Shown in pieces: positions 7,995 to 16,094 of a stretch of 27,569 nt of DNA. This DNA comes from Candidatus Undinarchaeales archaeon (lineage in GTDB: Archaea; SpSt-1190; JASMDC01), in NCBI GenBank assembly GCA_030753015.1, contig JASMDC010000045.1:1-27569 (forward strand), in the 5' to 3' direction. A model generated the notes under the pieces. That model was not told where the DNA came from and ran no database searches. It worked only from the letters and a program-made list of their open reading frames with translations. The position numbers were made by a program, and so were the translations under genes. Each line of letters starts with the position of its first letter. Positions within the stretch are counted from its first letter, which is position 1.

Positions 7995-9380
7995 CTAGAC
8001 TTGGGGTGTGCCCACTTCCGTGCTATTATCGGCCCGCAGGTCACGCTCGCGGTGGAAGTTGCTGGCCCACAGTGTGGGGAAGGTACCGTCGTCCACGGTG
8101 ATCTCCCCGCCGATGCAGAACTTGGAGGCTTGGGCGTCATAGGTGTACGGATCGCACACCGAGCCGAAGGCCAGGATCAGGGAGCGTGTGGACATCGTTG
8201 CGCCAGTGAACCGTTCGCCGTACACGATGCGGTGGAGCGTGGTCGAGATCGCGTCACGGAGCAACGGCCATGCCCGTGGCCGGAGCAGGTGGGGGAGCAT
8301 GGACAGCACCAGGAACGGTGTGGCCAGCGAGCTGCCCTTGACACGGCGGTCCTTGTACACCTCGAGCGCAGGCTGGATGGCCGCAAGGTCGATGAGCTCG
8401 CCCACCATGCGGAACCCGTCCTTGGCGTTGGTGTCACGCAGCACCAGATAGTAGTGGTTGAACAGGCACCGGTGCATGCGCAGGATGTCGTAGAAGGCGA
8501 TGAGCGCGCGCTGGAAGTTCAGTACGTCCTGTCGGGAGAACCGTCCGTCGAAGCGCTCGATGAGCACGTCCATGAGGTCCTCGGGCGTGACCTTGAGGTC
8601 CACGTCGACACCTGCCTTGCCCAGGTATGAATAGGATTTGAAGAGTACTGCGCGCACGTTCGGCCGCTTGACCGCTTCCTCGAAGATATCACCCACCTGG
8701 TCGAGGTTCAGGTCGCGGACGTGGGTGGTCTCGAGCACGGTTGCCACGCCTGCCTCCTGGAGGACGTCCATGGCCTTCCGCCTGTTGTCGGCCATCGGTG
8801 CACCCCTGAGCACTAGAGCGCCCTTGTCATCGTACCCGTCGAACTGCATGTGGACTACCTCGAGCCCGGCTTTCAGGAGCCCGTCGAGGTAGTGAGGGTC
8901 CTTGAGCTTGATACCGTTCGTGTAGAGGGCCGGGATGTTGCCGGTGCGGCGGATTAGCCTGATGATGTTCATCAGGTCGTCGCGCATGGTCGCTTCGCCT
9001 CCCCACAGCCCGATCTTGAAGTTCTTGAAGTCCTTGATGGTCCTCTCGATCTCTTCCAGGGTGGGCTCCCGCTTGGGTGCGTTGGCGTCCGTGAGGCAGA
9101 TGGGGCAGTTGAGGTTGCAGCGCAGGGTCATGTAGTAGTTGTAGTAGTTGAGGATGCGCTCGGGGCCCTCGCGTCCGGGGGGGAAGAGGATGGGAAAATA
9201 GTAGTCGGAGAGCTCCTTGTAGTAGGTGGAATCGCGGGAGAGCAACCCCTTGGCCTCGCCATGGTCGGGGCACTCTTTTACCTGGTAGACCTTGTCATCC
9301 TCCTCGATTATCTGGACGGGAAGGTCCTTCATGCACGTGGGACAGAAGCCTCGCGTCTCGCGTAGCACGGTCCCGGGCAT
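7995..9380 (-). CDS. Radical SAM protein of the tetraether-synthase (Tes/MJ0619)-like group, divergent
   Basis: N-terminal TRGFCPTC...IIEEDDKVYQVKECPDHG metal-binding module; TLRCNLNCPIC; GGEATMRDDL; TNGIKL; MQFDG; C-terminal DPYTYD...C. TATA-like TTTATAA ~25 nt upstream. Confidence 0.85.
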   Translation of the reverse strand: MPGTVLRETRGFCPTCMKDLPVQIIEEDDKVYQVKECPDHGEAKGLLSRDSTYYKELSDYYFPILFPPGREGPERILNYYNYYMTLRCNLNCPICLTDANAPKREPTLEEIERTIKDFKNFKIGLWGGEATMRDDLMNIIRLIRRTGNIPALYTNGIKLKDPHYLDGLLKAGLEVVHMQFDGYDDKGALVLRGAPMADNRRKAMDVLQEAGVATVLETTHVRDLNLDQVGDIFEEAVKRPNVRAVLFKSYSYLGKAGVDVDLKVTPEDLMDVLIERFDGRFSRQDVLNFQRALIAFYDILRMHRCLFNHYYLVLRDTNAKDGFRMVGELIDLAAIQPALEVYKDRRVKGSSLATPFLVLSMLPHLLRPRAWPLLRDAISTTLHRIVYGERFTGATMSTRSLILAFGSVCDPYTYDAQASKFCIGGEITVDDGTFPTLWASNFHRERDLRADNSTEVGTPQV

Positions 9381-9448
9381 GCGACGGCGAAGGTCGTGGT
9401 TCGTTATAAACGTTTCCCCGAGCCAGAACGATCGCTACGACCCTGCGC

Positions 9449-9973
9449 TCAGTCCTCGCGCCACACACGCATGCGACGCTTGTGGGCGATCTCGCTCAGC
9501 TCCTCGGACCGCTGCATGAACGGCTTGTACCGCGTGTAGGCCCGCACCAGTGGAGTCCCCCGCTCCACACCCCAGAACTCGTGGGCCTTGAGGGTGTTGC
9601 CGTTCATCACCTCGATGTGGTGCTTGTCGTTGATGGAATAGGAGTAGCTTGAGGTCTTCACGCTGGACCGACCGGGGGATATCTCGGTGCGTTCGAGCTC
9701 CACCGTCTTTGTAATACGCACCCGGTCGTGGGAGAATGTGTGGTCCTCGGTCTCCTGGTCGAGCTCTACCCGGTAGATGTTGCCCGTGGACACGGCCAGC
9801 TCGTCGTAGAGGTCGACGTCGCGCATGTCGATGACGCTGTAGTGGGTGTCGTCCTCCCGTTTCAGCACGAAGGCGTAGTTGTGGGCATGGAGGTCCTCCA
9901 CCGAATCGATGCGGTCGAGGTCGTTGCAGTCCATGAAATCGCGAAGGTCATGCGTGAGGTAGATATCGTCCAT
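9449..9973 (-). CDS. Hypothetical protein
   Basis: SD GGGTGA before ATG 9973; TATA-like TTTAAA at ~10008-10013; coding-like codon bias. No family recognised. Confidence 0.78.
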   Translation of the reverse strand: MDDIYLTHDLRDFMDCNDLDRIDSVEDLHAHNYAFVLKREDDTHYSVIDMRDVDLYDELAVSTGNIYRVELDQETEDHTFSHDRVRITKTVELERTEISPGRSSVKTSSYSYSINDKHHIEVMNGNTLKAHEFWGVERGTPLVRAYTRYKPFMQRSEELSEIAHKRRMRVWRED

Positions 9974-10053
9974 TGTCTCACCCAAGGGCCTCGCGCCCGG
10001 AAGGTGGTTTAAATATCTGGGTTTTGGGGTGCCCGACGGACGGGCCGCGGCCC

Positions 10054-11541
10054 CTAGGCCTCGATGTCTTCTACGAGGTCAAGGTACAGGGCCCCGGTCC
10101 AGGTCATGTACCGGGCCCCCAGGGGATCGCCGGCCTCGTGCTTCCCCTCGCTCTGGGGCGCATAGTACTCGGCAAAGGAGGGTCCAGTGTCCGAGGTACC
10201 GTCGTAGACCGGGACCTTCTCGTCCACCTTTGACCACCCGATCGCGGCGAAGACCGAGTCCCACAGCCAGCCATGGCAGTACTGATCATGCGCTGGCGTA
10301 GTGAACTCCTCTCCGAAGCTGTTGTACTCCATGACACCAGCGGCCTGCTTCTTTACAGCGTCCCGGTCCGCGTACCCCTCCGCGATCATCCCCACGGTCC
10401 GCTCACGGACCTCGTCTGCCAGGACGGGACTGTAGTGGTCCAGGCCCTTGGCGAGCATCCAGTTGGTGACCGGCCAGCTAGGACCCTTCCAGTAGCGCGC
10501 GTTATCGAACCGCGGTGCGTTCATGGGTGTGGAGGGGATGGGTGTGCCGTCCACCGGCCAGAACTCGTCCGGGTCAGTCAGGTGCGCAAGGAGGCGTCCT
10601 GCCTGCTCAGGGCTTGCTACGCCGCCATAGAGCGGCATGAGCGAGCGGATGGTCGGGTGGTCCAGGTGCTTTCCCGCCTTCATGTCGTAGCTGAAGAACA
10701 GGCCCGCGTCCTCGTCCCACAACTTCGTCCGGATGGCCTCCCCGATGCGGTCCGCCTCTGAGTCGCTAGCACCCGCCTGCTCCCGATAGTAAGCGGCTTG
10801 TGCCTCGTGCTCCTTGCGGTGGATGGGATCCATGTCCGCCAGGTTGTCGTACTTCAGGGCGAGCTCGCCGGCGATGAGCCCCATGGAGCGGACGGACTCG
10901 GCGAACACCGTGTTCACCAGCACGTCCTGGACCGCGAAGGGTGACTCCTTGTAGATGCGCTCCTGGTCGAAGCCCAGCTGGTCCATCTTGCCCACGAGAT
11001 AGAAATAGCAGTCGTAGGCTTCCTTGGACGGTCGCTCGTCAGGGTCCACGTTGTCCTGGTCACGGCGTGTGAACTTGTCGATGTCAACATCCCCGCTCTC
11101 CAAGGCCTTCAGGATGCGCGGGAAGGTGTCGTCGAAATCGGGCGCGTTGTCGGTACCCGACGCCCATGGATGGGCTATGAAGATAAGATGCTCGCCGTCG
11201 GGATCGCGCTCGCGCAGGAGGAAATCGTGGTACTTCTGGACCTTGGGGAACCACTCCTCGATCTTGTCCAGAATCGCGTCCTTGTGCTCGGCGTTCTGGT
11301 AGACCTCCCAGATGCCAGCGGCGACAATGGGTGGTTGCGTGATGCCCGAGGTGTCCACGTCGGGATTGCCCGAGATCTGCCGGGTAACACCCCATTCCTC
11401 TGCGTCCGGCCCATAACCGGTCTCACCAGGTGTGAAGCGGATATGGGGCAGCATACCGTTGGCCCACTGGGAGCGGAGGATGGACTCCATCTCGTTTACG
11501 GCACGGCGCTCCCCGTAATTGAAGTCCGCAGAAGTACCCAT
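10054..11541 (-). CDS. GH63-like glucosylglycerate/mannosylglycerate hydrolase (alpha/alpha)6 enzyme with rearranged segment order
   Basis: QWANGMLPHIRF, TSGITQPP, HPWASGTDNAP, YWKGPSWPVTNW and FAEYY...TWTGAL. The normally N-terminal YxHxWxWDSxFxAIG motif lies near the C-terminus. Confidence 0.88.
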   Translation of the reverse strand: MGTSADFNYGERRAVNEMESILRSQWANGMLPHIRFTPGETGYGPDAEEWGVTRQISGNPDVDTSGITQPPIVAAGIWEVYQNAEHKDAILDKIEEWFPKVQKYHDFLLRERDPDGEHLIFIAHPWASGTDNAPDFDDTFPRILKALESGDVDIDKFTRRDQDNVDPDERPSKEAYDCYFYLVGKMDQLGFDQERIYKESPFAVQDVLVNTVFAESVRSMGLIAGELALKYDNLADMDPIHRKEHEAQAAYYREQAGASDSEADRIGEAIRTKLWDEDAGLFFSYDMKAGKHLDHPTIRSLMPLYGGVASPEQAGRLLAHLTDPDEFWPVDGTPIPSTPMNAPRFDNARYWKGPSWPVTNWMLAKGLDHYSPVLADEVRERTVGMIAEGYADRDAVKKQAAGVMEYNSFGEEFTTPAHDQYCHGWLWDSVFAAIGWSKVDEKVPVYDGTSDTGPSFAEYYAPQSEGKHEAGDPLGARYMTWTGALYLDLVEDIEA

Positions 11542-11721
11542 CCAGTCAATACATGCGGGACAAGTGACTTTTAAGTGTTACTGTCGCCAGGTGACGAAAA
11601 TCGTAGAGCCCTGGACGTCGTTCGGGAGTGAACGCTGACAGGAGGGCGTGGATTAGGTGTGCAAAAGGGAATGTTTAAAAGGCGGACCTCGGGCGCGGAG
11701 AGTCTAGAAAAGGTGAAAATG

Positions 11722-12012
11722 ATGTACGACATGGACCTTGACACCTCGATGGCTGGCTCCTCGCTATCGGCCGACGGCTACCAGCAGGCTGAGGACCTGA
11801 GCATCCTGAGCTCCTGCATCAAGGTGGGCATCGGCGGCATGCTGGGTGGCATCGGCGGCGGTTTCCTCTGCAGCATGACCAACGCCGACGACTACCTGGG
11901 CAAGGCCCTCGACACCGCCCCGGAGAACGTCGAGTACGCCTTCGAGGGCATCGGCACTGCCGCGGGAGTCGGCGTGGCCGGTTTCCAGATCTACAAGGAA
12001 TACAAGAGCTAG
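11722..12012 (+). CDS. Small glycine-zipper membrane protein
   Basis: SD AGGTGA at 11711-11716; TATA-like TTTAAAA at ~11674; GIGGMLGGIGGG and GIGTAAGVGVAG hydrophobic segments. Alternative ATG at 11719. Confidence 0.75.
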   Translation: MYDMDLDTSMAGSSLSADGYQQAEDLSILSSCIKVGIGGMLGGIGGGFLCSMTNADDYLGKALDTAPENVEYAFEGIGTAAGVGVAGFQIYKEYKS

Positions 12013-12127
12013 CGCACCATCTCGCGGGATACGAACGGATCCCGCAGGACCGGCTCCCTCAGCCGTGGCACGATAGAGCGCGACCGGACCGAAACCATTA
12101 TAACCAACTTTACCTGCTGCATTTCTC

Positions 12128-13036
12128 GTGGGAACACTGCAGGTTCTCGACGAGGAGCACCGGTTACATCTGACCGTATGCTCGGACCTGCACGGGAGCA
12201 CATCGCAGCTAGCCCTGCTCGCCGATCACGCACGGTCCGAGGGGCGCTCTGTCATCTCTGCCGGCGATTACCTTCGTGCGTACGTCGCTGACGACCTCTC
12301 TGACCACGAAGAGCGTGTGGAAGAGGCCGTTGGACAGCTCGACATCCTCGCCGGCCTTGGTGCATATGCCATCCCGGGCAACCACGACCATCCCTCCGTG
12401 TACCAAGAAGCGCTGACGCGGACGGCCGACGGACTGCGTGAGATCCACCAGGTTACGGATGTCATCGGGGACGGGTTCACTGTCGTCGGTTGGGGCGGGA
12501 TGGAGCACTCGGACCCCATCTTCGAGAACTTCAAGATGGGGCATTATTATGCTCCCGATCACATCGTCAAAGGGATGGAGGGGCTTCTCGCTGGCGTGGA
12601 CGACCACACAGACTGCGTGCTCGTCACCCATCAACCCGTCCGCGGCTATCTCAGCAAGGGCCACGAAGGCCAGGAGCTCGGCTCCGAGGCGATGCGCGAG
12701 GTGTACGACGCCAATCCGGACATAGGTCTGGTCATCTCGGGTCACTCCCACCAGGCGGGCTACAGTTCAGACAAGGCCATCGACTTCGTGGCCCGGGCCC
12801 GCTACAAGGAACTGACTCCCGATCCCGATGCCCTCCGCGTGTACCAGATGGACGGCTACGATTCGGCCCATCCGAAGAAGGTGGTCATCGAGTACGATAA
12901 GGATCAGTACGACCTCACCTGCTTCCTCAATCCCGGTTCCCTCGGCCACCCGCACTCCTTCTCGGACTGCCTCGACGTCGATGTGTACGAGAGCGGGGGC
13001 GTCCGGCGGATCGAGGTCACATTCGTCGAGCTCTAG
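12128..13036 (+). CDS. Calcineurin-like metallophosphoesterase
   Basis: SDLHG, AGDY, PGNHD, VTHQP, GSEAMR, SGHSH and NPGSL motifs. Confidence 0.9.
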   Translation: MGTLQVLDEEHRLHLTVCSDLHGSTSQLALLADHARSEGRSVISAGDYLRAYVADDLSDHEERVEEAVGQLDILAGLGAYAIPGNHDHPSVYQEALTRTADGLREIHQVTDVIGDGFTVVGWGGMEHSDPIFENFKMGHYYAPDHIVKGMEGLLAGVDDHTDCVLVTHQPVRGYLSKGHEGQELGSEAMREVYDANPDIGLVISGHSHQAGYSSDKAIDFVARARYKELTPDPDALRVYQMDGYDSAHPKKVVIEYDKDQYDLTCFLNPGSLGHPHSFSDCLDVDVYESGGVRRIEVTFVEL

Positions 13037-13090
13037 GACATCGCTCGCGCAAGGGAAATACCTTTAAAGCATCCGGCTCGTCCTCCGCCC

Positions 13091-14281
13091 GTGGATCCGC
13101 AGACGCAGATGGCCTTTGCGTTCTATGGCTCCCTGCTGTTCCTCATGCTCGTCGTGTGGCGGGACAAGATCGAGCGCAACGGCCTCCTGTTCCTCAAGCG
13201 GACCGAGGAGGGCGTCGCCGGTATCAACGCGTTCGGGACGGCGCATGCCGACCTCCTCAAGATTGTGGGCAACATATCCGTTGGCATCTCCCTCCTGATC
13301 ATGGTCTTGGCATCGGGTGCTCTCATCCACGGGGTATGGACCATATTCAACGCCCCGACCGTCACTCCCAACGCCACGGTGGGCATCGTTGTACCTGGCA
13401 TACGCATTCCAGGCGCGCCCTTCTACATCCCCCTGTTCGAGGGTCTCATCGCTATCGTCTCAGTGATGGTCATCCACGAGTTCTCACATGGCATCTTCGC
13501 GGCTGCCCATGGTGTCAAGCCCAAGAGCCTCTGGCTCTTCCTCCTCATAATCATCCCTGGTGCAGGTGTGGAGCTGGACGAGACGATGATCATGCGCAAG
13601 AGCCTGCGAGCCCGGATGCATATCTATGCCGCCGGCTCCTTCGCCAACGTGGTCACCGCCGTGACCGCCGCACTGTTCATCAACTTCGTCCTCGTCCCCG
13701 CGTTCCAGGCAATGACCCTGTCCGTGGGCATCGAGGTCATCGACACGACCGAGGGGCTGCCTGCCGCGCTCGCCGGGATACCGAATGGCACGGTCATCAC
13801 GTCGGTCAACGGAGTGGACGTCTCCAACTTCAACACGTTCACCACGGCGCTCGAAGAGGTGAAAGCGAACGAGACCGTCAATCTCGCCACCGACGTTGGC
13901 CCCTTCAGCGTCTTGACCACGGCCCACCCGGATAACCCCGAGCACGGCTATCTCGGCGTAATCGTCGATCCGAGAGGCAAGCGTGAGGTCCGGCCTGAAT
14001 GGTCCGGGAAACTCGGAGAGGTCGCACGCTATGTCATCGAGAAGAGCGTGGGGCTGTTCACGTACATCTTCATCCTCCACCTCTCGATCGGGCTCATCAA
14101 CCTCCTGCCCGTGTTCCCGCTCGATGGAGGGCGGATCCTGGTCGACATCGCCGAGGATTACGGCGGTGGGATCAAGACGACAGCAGCAAAGATGCTCTCC
14201 AGCTTTCTTCTCATCGTGTTCATTCTGAACCTCATAGGCCCACAGGCCGTGACCTGGACGGCACGGTTGTTGGCGTATTGA
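13091..14281 (+). CDS. Site-2 protease (peptidase M50) with a PDZ domain
   Basis: IHEFSHG (HExxH), AAGSFAN, PDZ-like PAALAGI...VITSVNG, NLLPVFPLDGG and several TM helices. Confidence 0.95.
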   Translation: MDPQTQMAFAFYGSLLFLMLVVWRDKIERNGLLFLKRTEEGVAGINAFGTAHADLLKIVGNISVGISLLIMVLASGALIHGVWTIFNAPTVTPNATVGIVVPGIRIPGAPFYIPLFEGLIAIVSVMVIHEFSHGIFAAAHGVKPKSLWLFLLIIIPGAGVELDETMIMRKSLRARMHIYAAGSFANVVTAVTAALFINFVLVPAFQAMTLSVGIEVIDTTEGLPAALAGIPNGTVITSVNGVDVSNFNTFTTALEEVKANETVNLATDVGPFSVLTTAHPDNPEHGYLGVIVDPRGKREVRPEWSGKLGEVARYVIEKSVGLFTYIFILHLSIGLINLLPVFPLDGGRILVDIAEDYGGGIKTTAAKMLSSFLLIVFILNLIGPQAVTWTARLLAY

Positions 14282-14294
14282 GGGTGTCGCGGCC

Positions 14295-14543
14295 CTATTC
14301 CCTGGGCGGTGGCGGCAGGAGCAGCATCTTCACCGTCGGCCTGATTCCCATGGCGAGGGCGATGCCGAAGAGCTTGAAACGACGACGCTTCACCACCCCG
14401 CTGAGATGTGCACCCCACAGAGCTCCCGTGATGAACGCGCTCCACTTCACAAGACCGTAGTCGAGAGCATCGAGGTTCTTGACACGGTCATCGAGCGTCG
14501 TGAGGAAACGGAAGGCTTTGCCGAGGTTCTTCGCCCGGTCCAT
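14295..14543 (-). CDS. Small membrane protein
   Basis: 82 aa with two hydrophobic segments; TATA-like GTTAAAT ~25 nt upstream; fills the intergenic gap. Confidence 0.7.
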   Translation of the reverse strand: MDRAKNLGKAFRFLTTLDDRVKNLDALDYGLVKWSAFITGALWGAHLSGVVKRRRFKLFGIALAMGIRPTVKMLLLPPPPRE

Positions 14544-14638
14544 GGATTAGATGAGGACGGCCAACGATTTAACCCTTTCTCAGTCGCGCCGGGCACCAAG
14601 GGGTGCCCTTATAAAGGGAACCGTATTGGACGATATAT

Positions 14639-15466
14639 ATGGCAGATCAAAAGGTCTCAAACATCGCTCTCCTCGTCGATTATGACAACATGGCCATCGG
14701 GGTCGAAACCACGTTCAAGAAAGAGCGGTTCGATGTCACCAAGGTCATCGACACGATCCGCGACCGGGGTCGTCTCATCATCAAGCGCGCCTACGCCGAC
14801 TGGAAGCGGTGGGGACGCTGGTACCAGGATACCCTGACGTCCAGCGCCGTGGAAATGGTCCATCTCCCCACCCATCCCGGATCCAACAAGAACAATGCCG
14901 ACATACGCATCGCAGTGGACGCGTTGGAGATCGTGTACCAGAACCCGCTCATCGACATCTTCGTCATCCTCTCGGGCGACTCGGACTTCGCTCCGATGGT
15001 CTCCCGCCTGCGCGAGAACGGCAAGTACGTCATAACCGTGGGTGTCAAGGATCGCACCTCCGCCCTCCTCATCTCGAACTCGGACGAGTTCATCTCATAC
15101 GATTCGATGCTGGGGACGGTCAAGCAGGACGCGGACGCCGGGTTCAAGATCCTAGTGGATGTCCTGAGCACGACCGATGGGGAGGATATCCGCCTCTTCG
15201 GTATCAAGAACCACCTTCTGCGCAAGGATCCCTCGTTCAACGAGCGGGAGTACGGGTTCAAGCAGTTCAAGGCCTTCGTGAAGGAGGCTGCGAACCGCGG
15301 ATACATCGAGCTCAAGGACGATGCCAGAGGCAATCCCATCCTCGTACCGAAGACCTCGGATAGGACTGCGGATAGGACTGCGGATAGGACTGCGGATAGG
15401 ACTGCGGATAGGACTGCGGAGAAGACCACAGATAAACCCACGCGAAACAGACGCCGGCGTCGCTAG
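14639..15466 (+). CDS. NYN-domain (LabA/DUF88, PIN-like) protein with a C-terminal OST-HTH/LOTUS domain
   Basis: LLVDYDN, RAYADW, KNNADIRIAVDA, SGDSDFAP, and LOTUS-type DPSFNEREYGFKQFKAFV. TATA-like CTTATAAA at 14608-14615. Confidence 0.93.
   Translation: MADQKVSNIALLVDYDNMAIGVETTFKKERFDVTKVIDTIRDRGRLIIKRAYADWKRWGRWYQDTLTSSAVEMVHLPTHPGSNKNNADIRIAVDALEIVYQNPLIDIFVILSGDSDFAPMVSRLRENGKYVITVGVKDRTSALLISNSDEFISYDSMLGTVKQDADAGFKILVDVLSTTDGEDIRLFGIKNHLLRKDPSFNEREYGFKQFKAFVKEAANRGYIELKDDARGNPILVPKTSDRTADRTADRTADRTADRTAEKTTDKPTRNRRRRR
15357..15420 (+). repeat. Perfect 12-bp in-frame VNTR (CGGATAGGACTG)x5 plus 4 nt, encoding (DRTA)5
   Basis: Counted directly; the units show no mismatches. Confidence 0.97.
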
Positions 15467-15657
15467 TCCGACCTCTTGGCGCTGCAGCGCATCATACTTC
15501 GGCGAGCTCCGTTGTAGAGAGCCTCCTCGGTAGGATGAGCGTTACAAGAGCGAGTGGCGCTCACAGGCCGCGCGCCGTGGTCCGTGACACCGAGTGTCAA
15601 TGCGGCTTTTATAAACGATTGACGCACCTTTCAATCCTACCCCCCCAGGTGAAAGAG

Positions 15658-16083
15658 ATGTTAGAATCCTTATACTCAGAGGTAGGTGGACCGCTGTCCT
15701 CCTACGGCATCATCGACGATCTCGAGGCCAGTCTTGGTCGCATCGAGGAAGTGTTCAATCAGGGCACCTACATCGAGACCTGGAACGGCTATGTGGTCTC
15801 CGCAGGCGGTTACCTCCCCGAGGCGCCCAAGATGTTCATCTACGAGGATGAGGGTGGGCTCCATATCGAGGGCAGAGGGGACGACCTATCCGAGGATCCA
15901 TGGCTCAATGTCCAAGTCGAGACGGGCAGCTATGCTCGCGACGAGAGTGGGTTCTACGTCGGGAGCGATGTGCTCGACGGCCGCACCCTGTCCATCGCCC
16001 GCGCAGAGGAAAGGTTGATCTTCATGCTCACTGACGGCATGGTCCGGCCACCGATCTTTCTCTACGCCGATATCCTGTCGTGA
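15658..16083 (+). CDS. Acidic hypothetical protein
   Basis: TATA-like TTTTATAAA at ~15607 and SD AGGTGA at 15647-15652 before ATG 15658. Confidence 0.75.
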   Translation: MLESLYSEVGGPLSSYGIIDDLEASLGRIEEVFNQGTYIETWNGYVVSAGGYLPEAPKMFIYEDEGGLHIEGRGDDLSEDPWLNVQVETGSYARDESGFYVGSDVLDGRTLSIARAEERLIFMLTDGMVRPPIFLYADILS

Positions 16084-16094
16084 GGGGATCGCCC

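Noticed and set aside
7995-9380. Assigning the gene symbol tes
   Set aside because: The auxiliary-cluster motif of canonical Tes is missing, so orthology and function cannot be asserted.
15357-15420. Phase-variation switch or mini-CRISPR
   Set aside because: The 12-bp unit keeps the reading frame and has no spacers; it only changes linker length.
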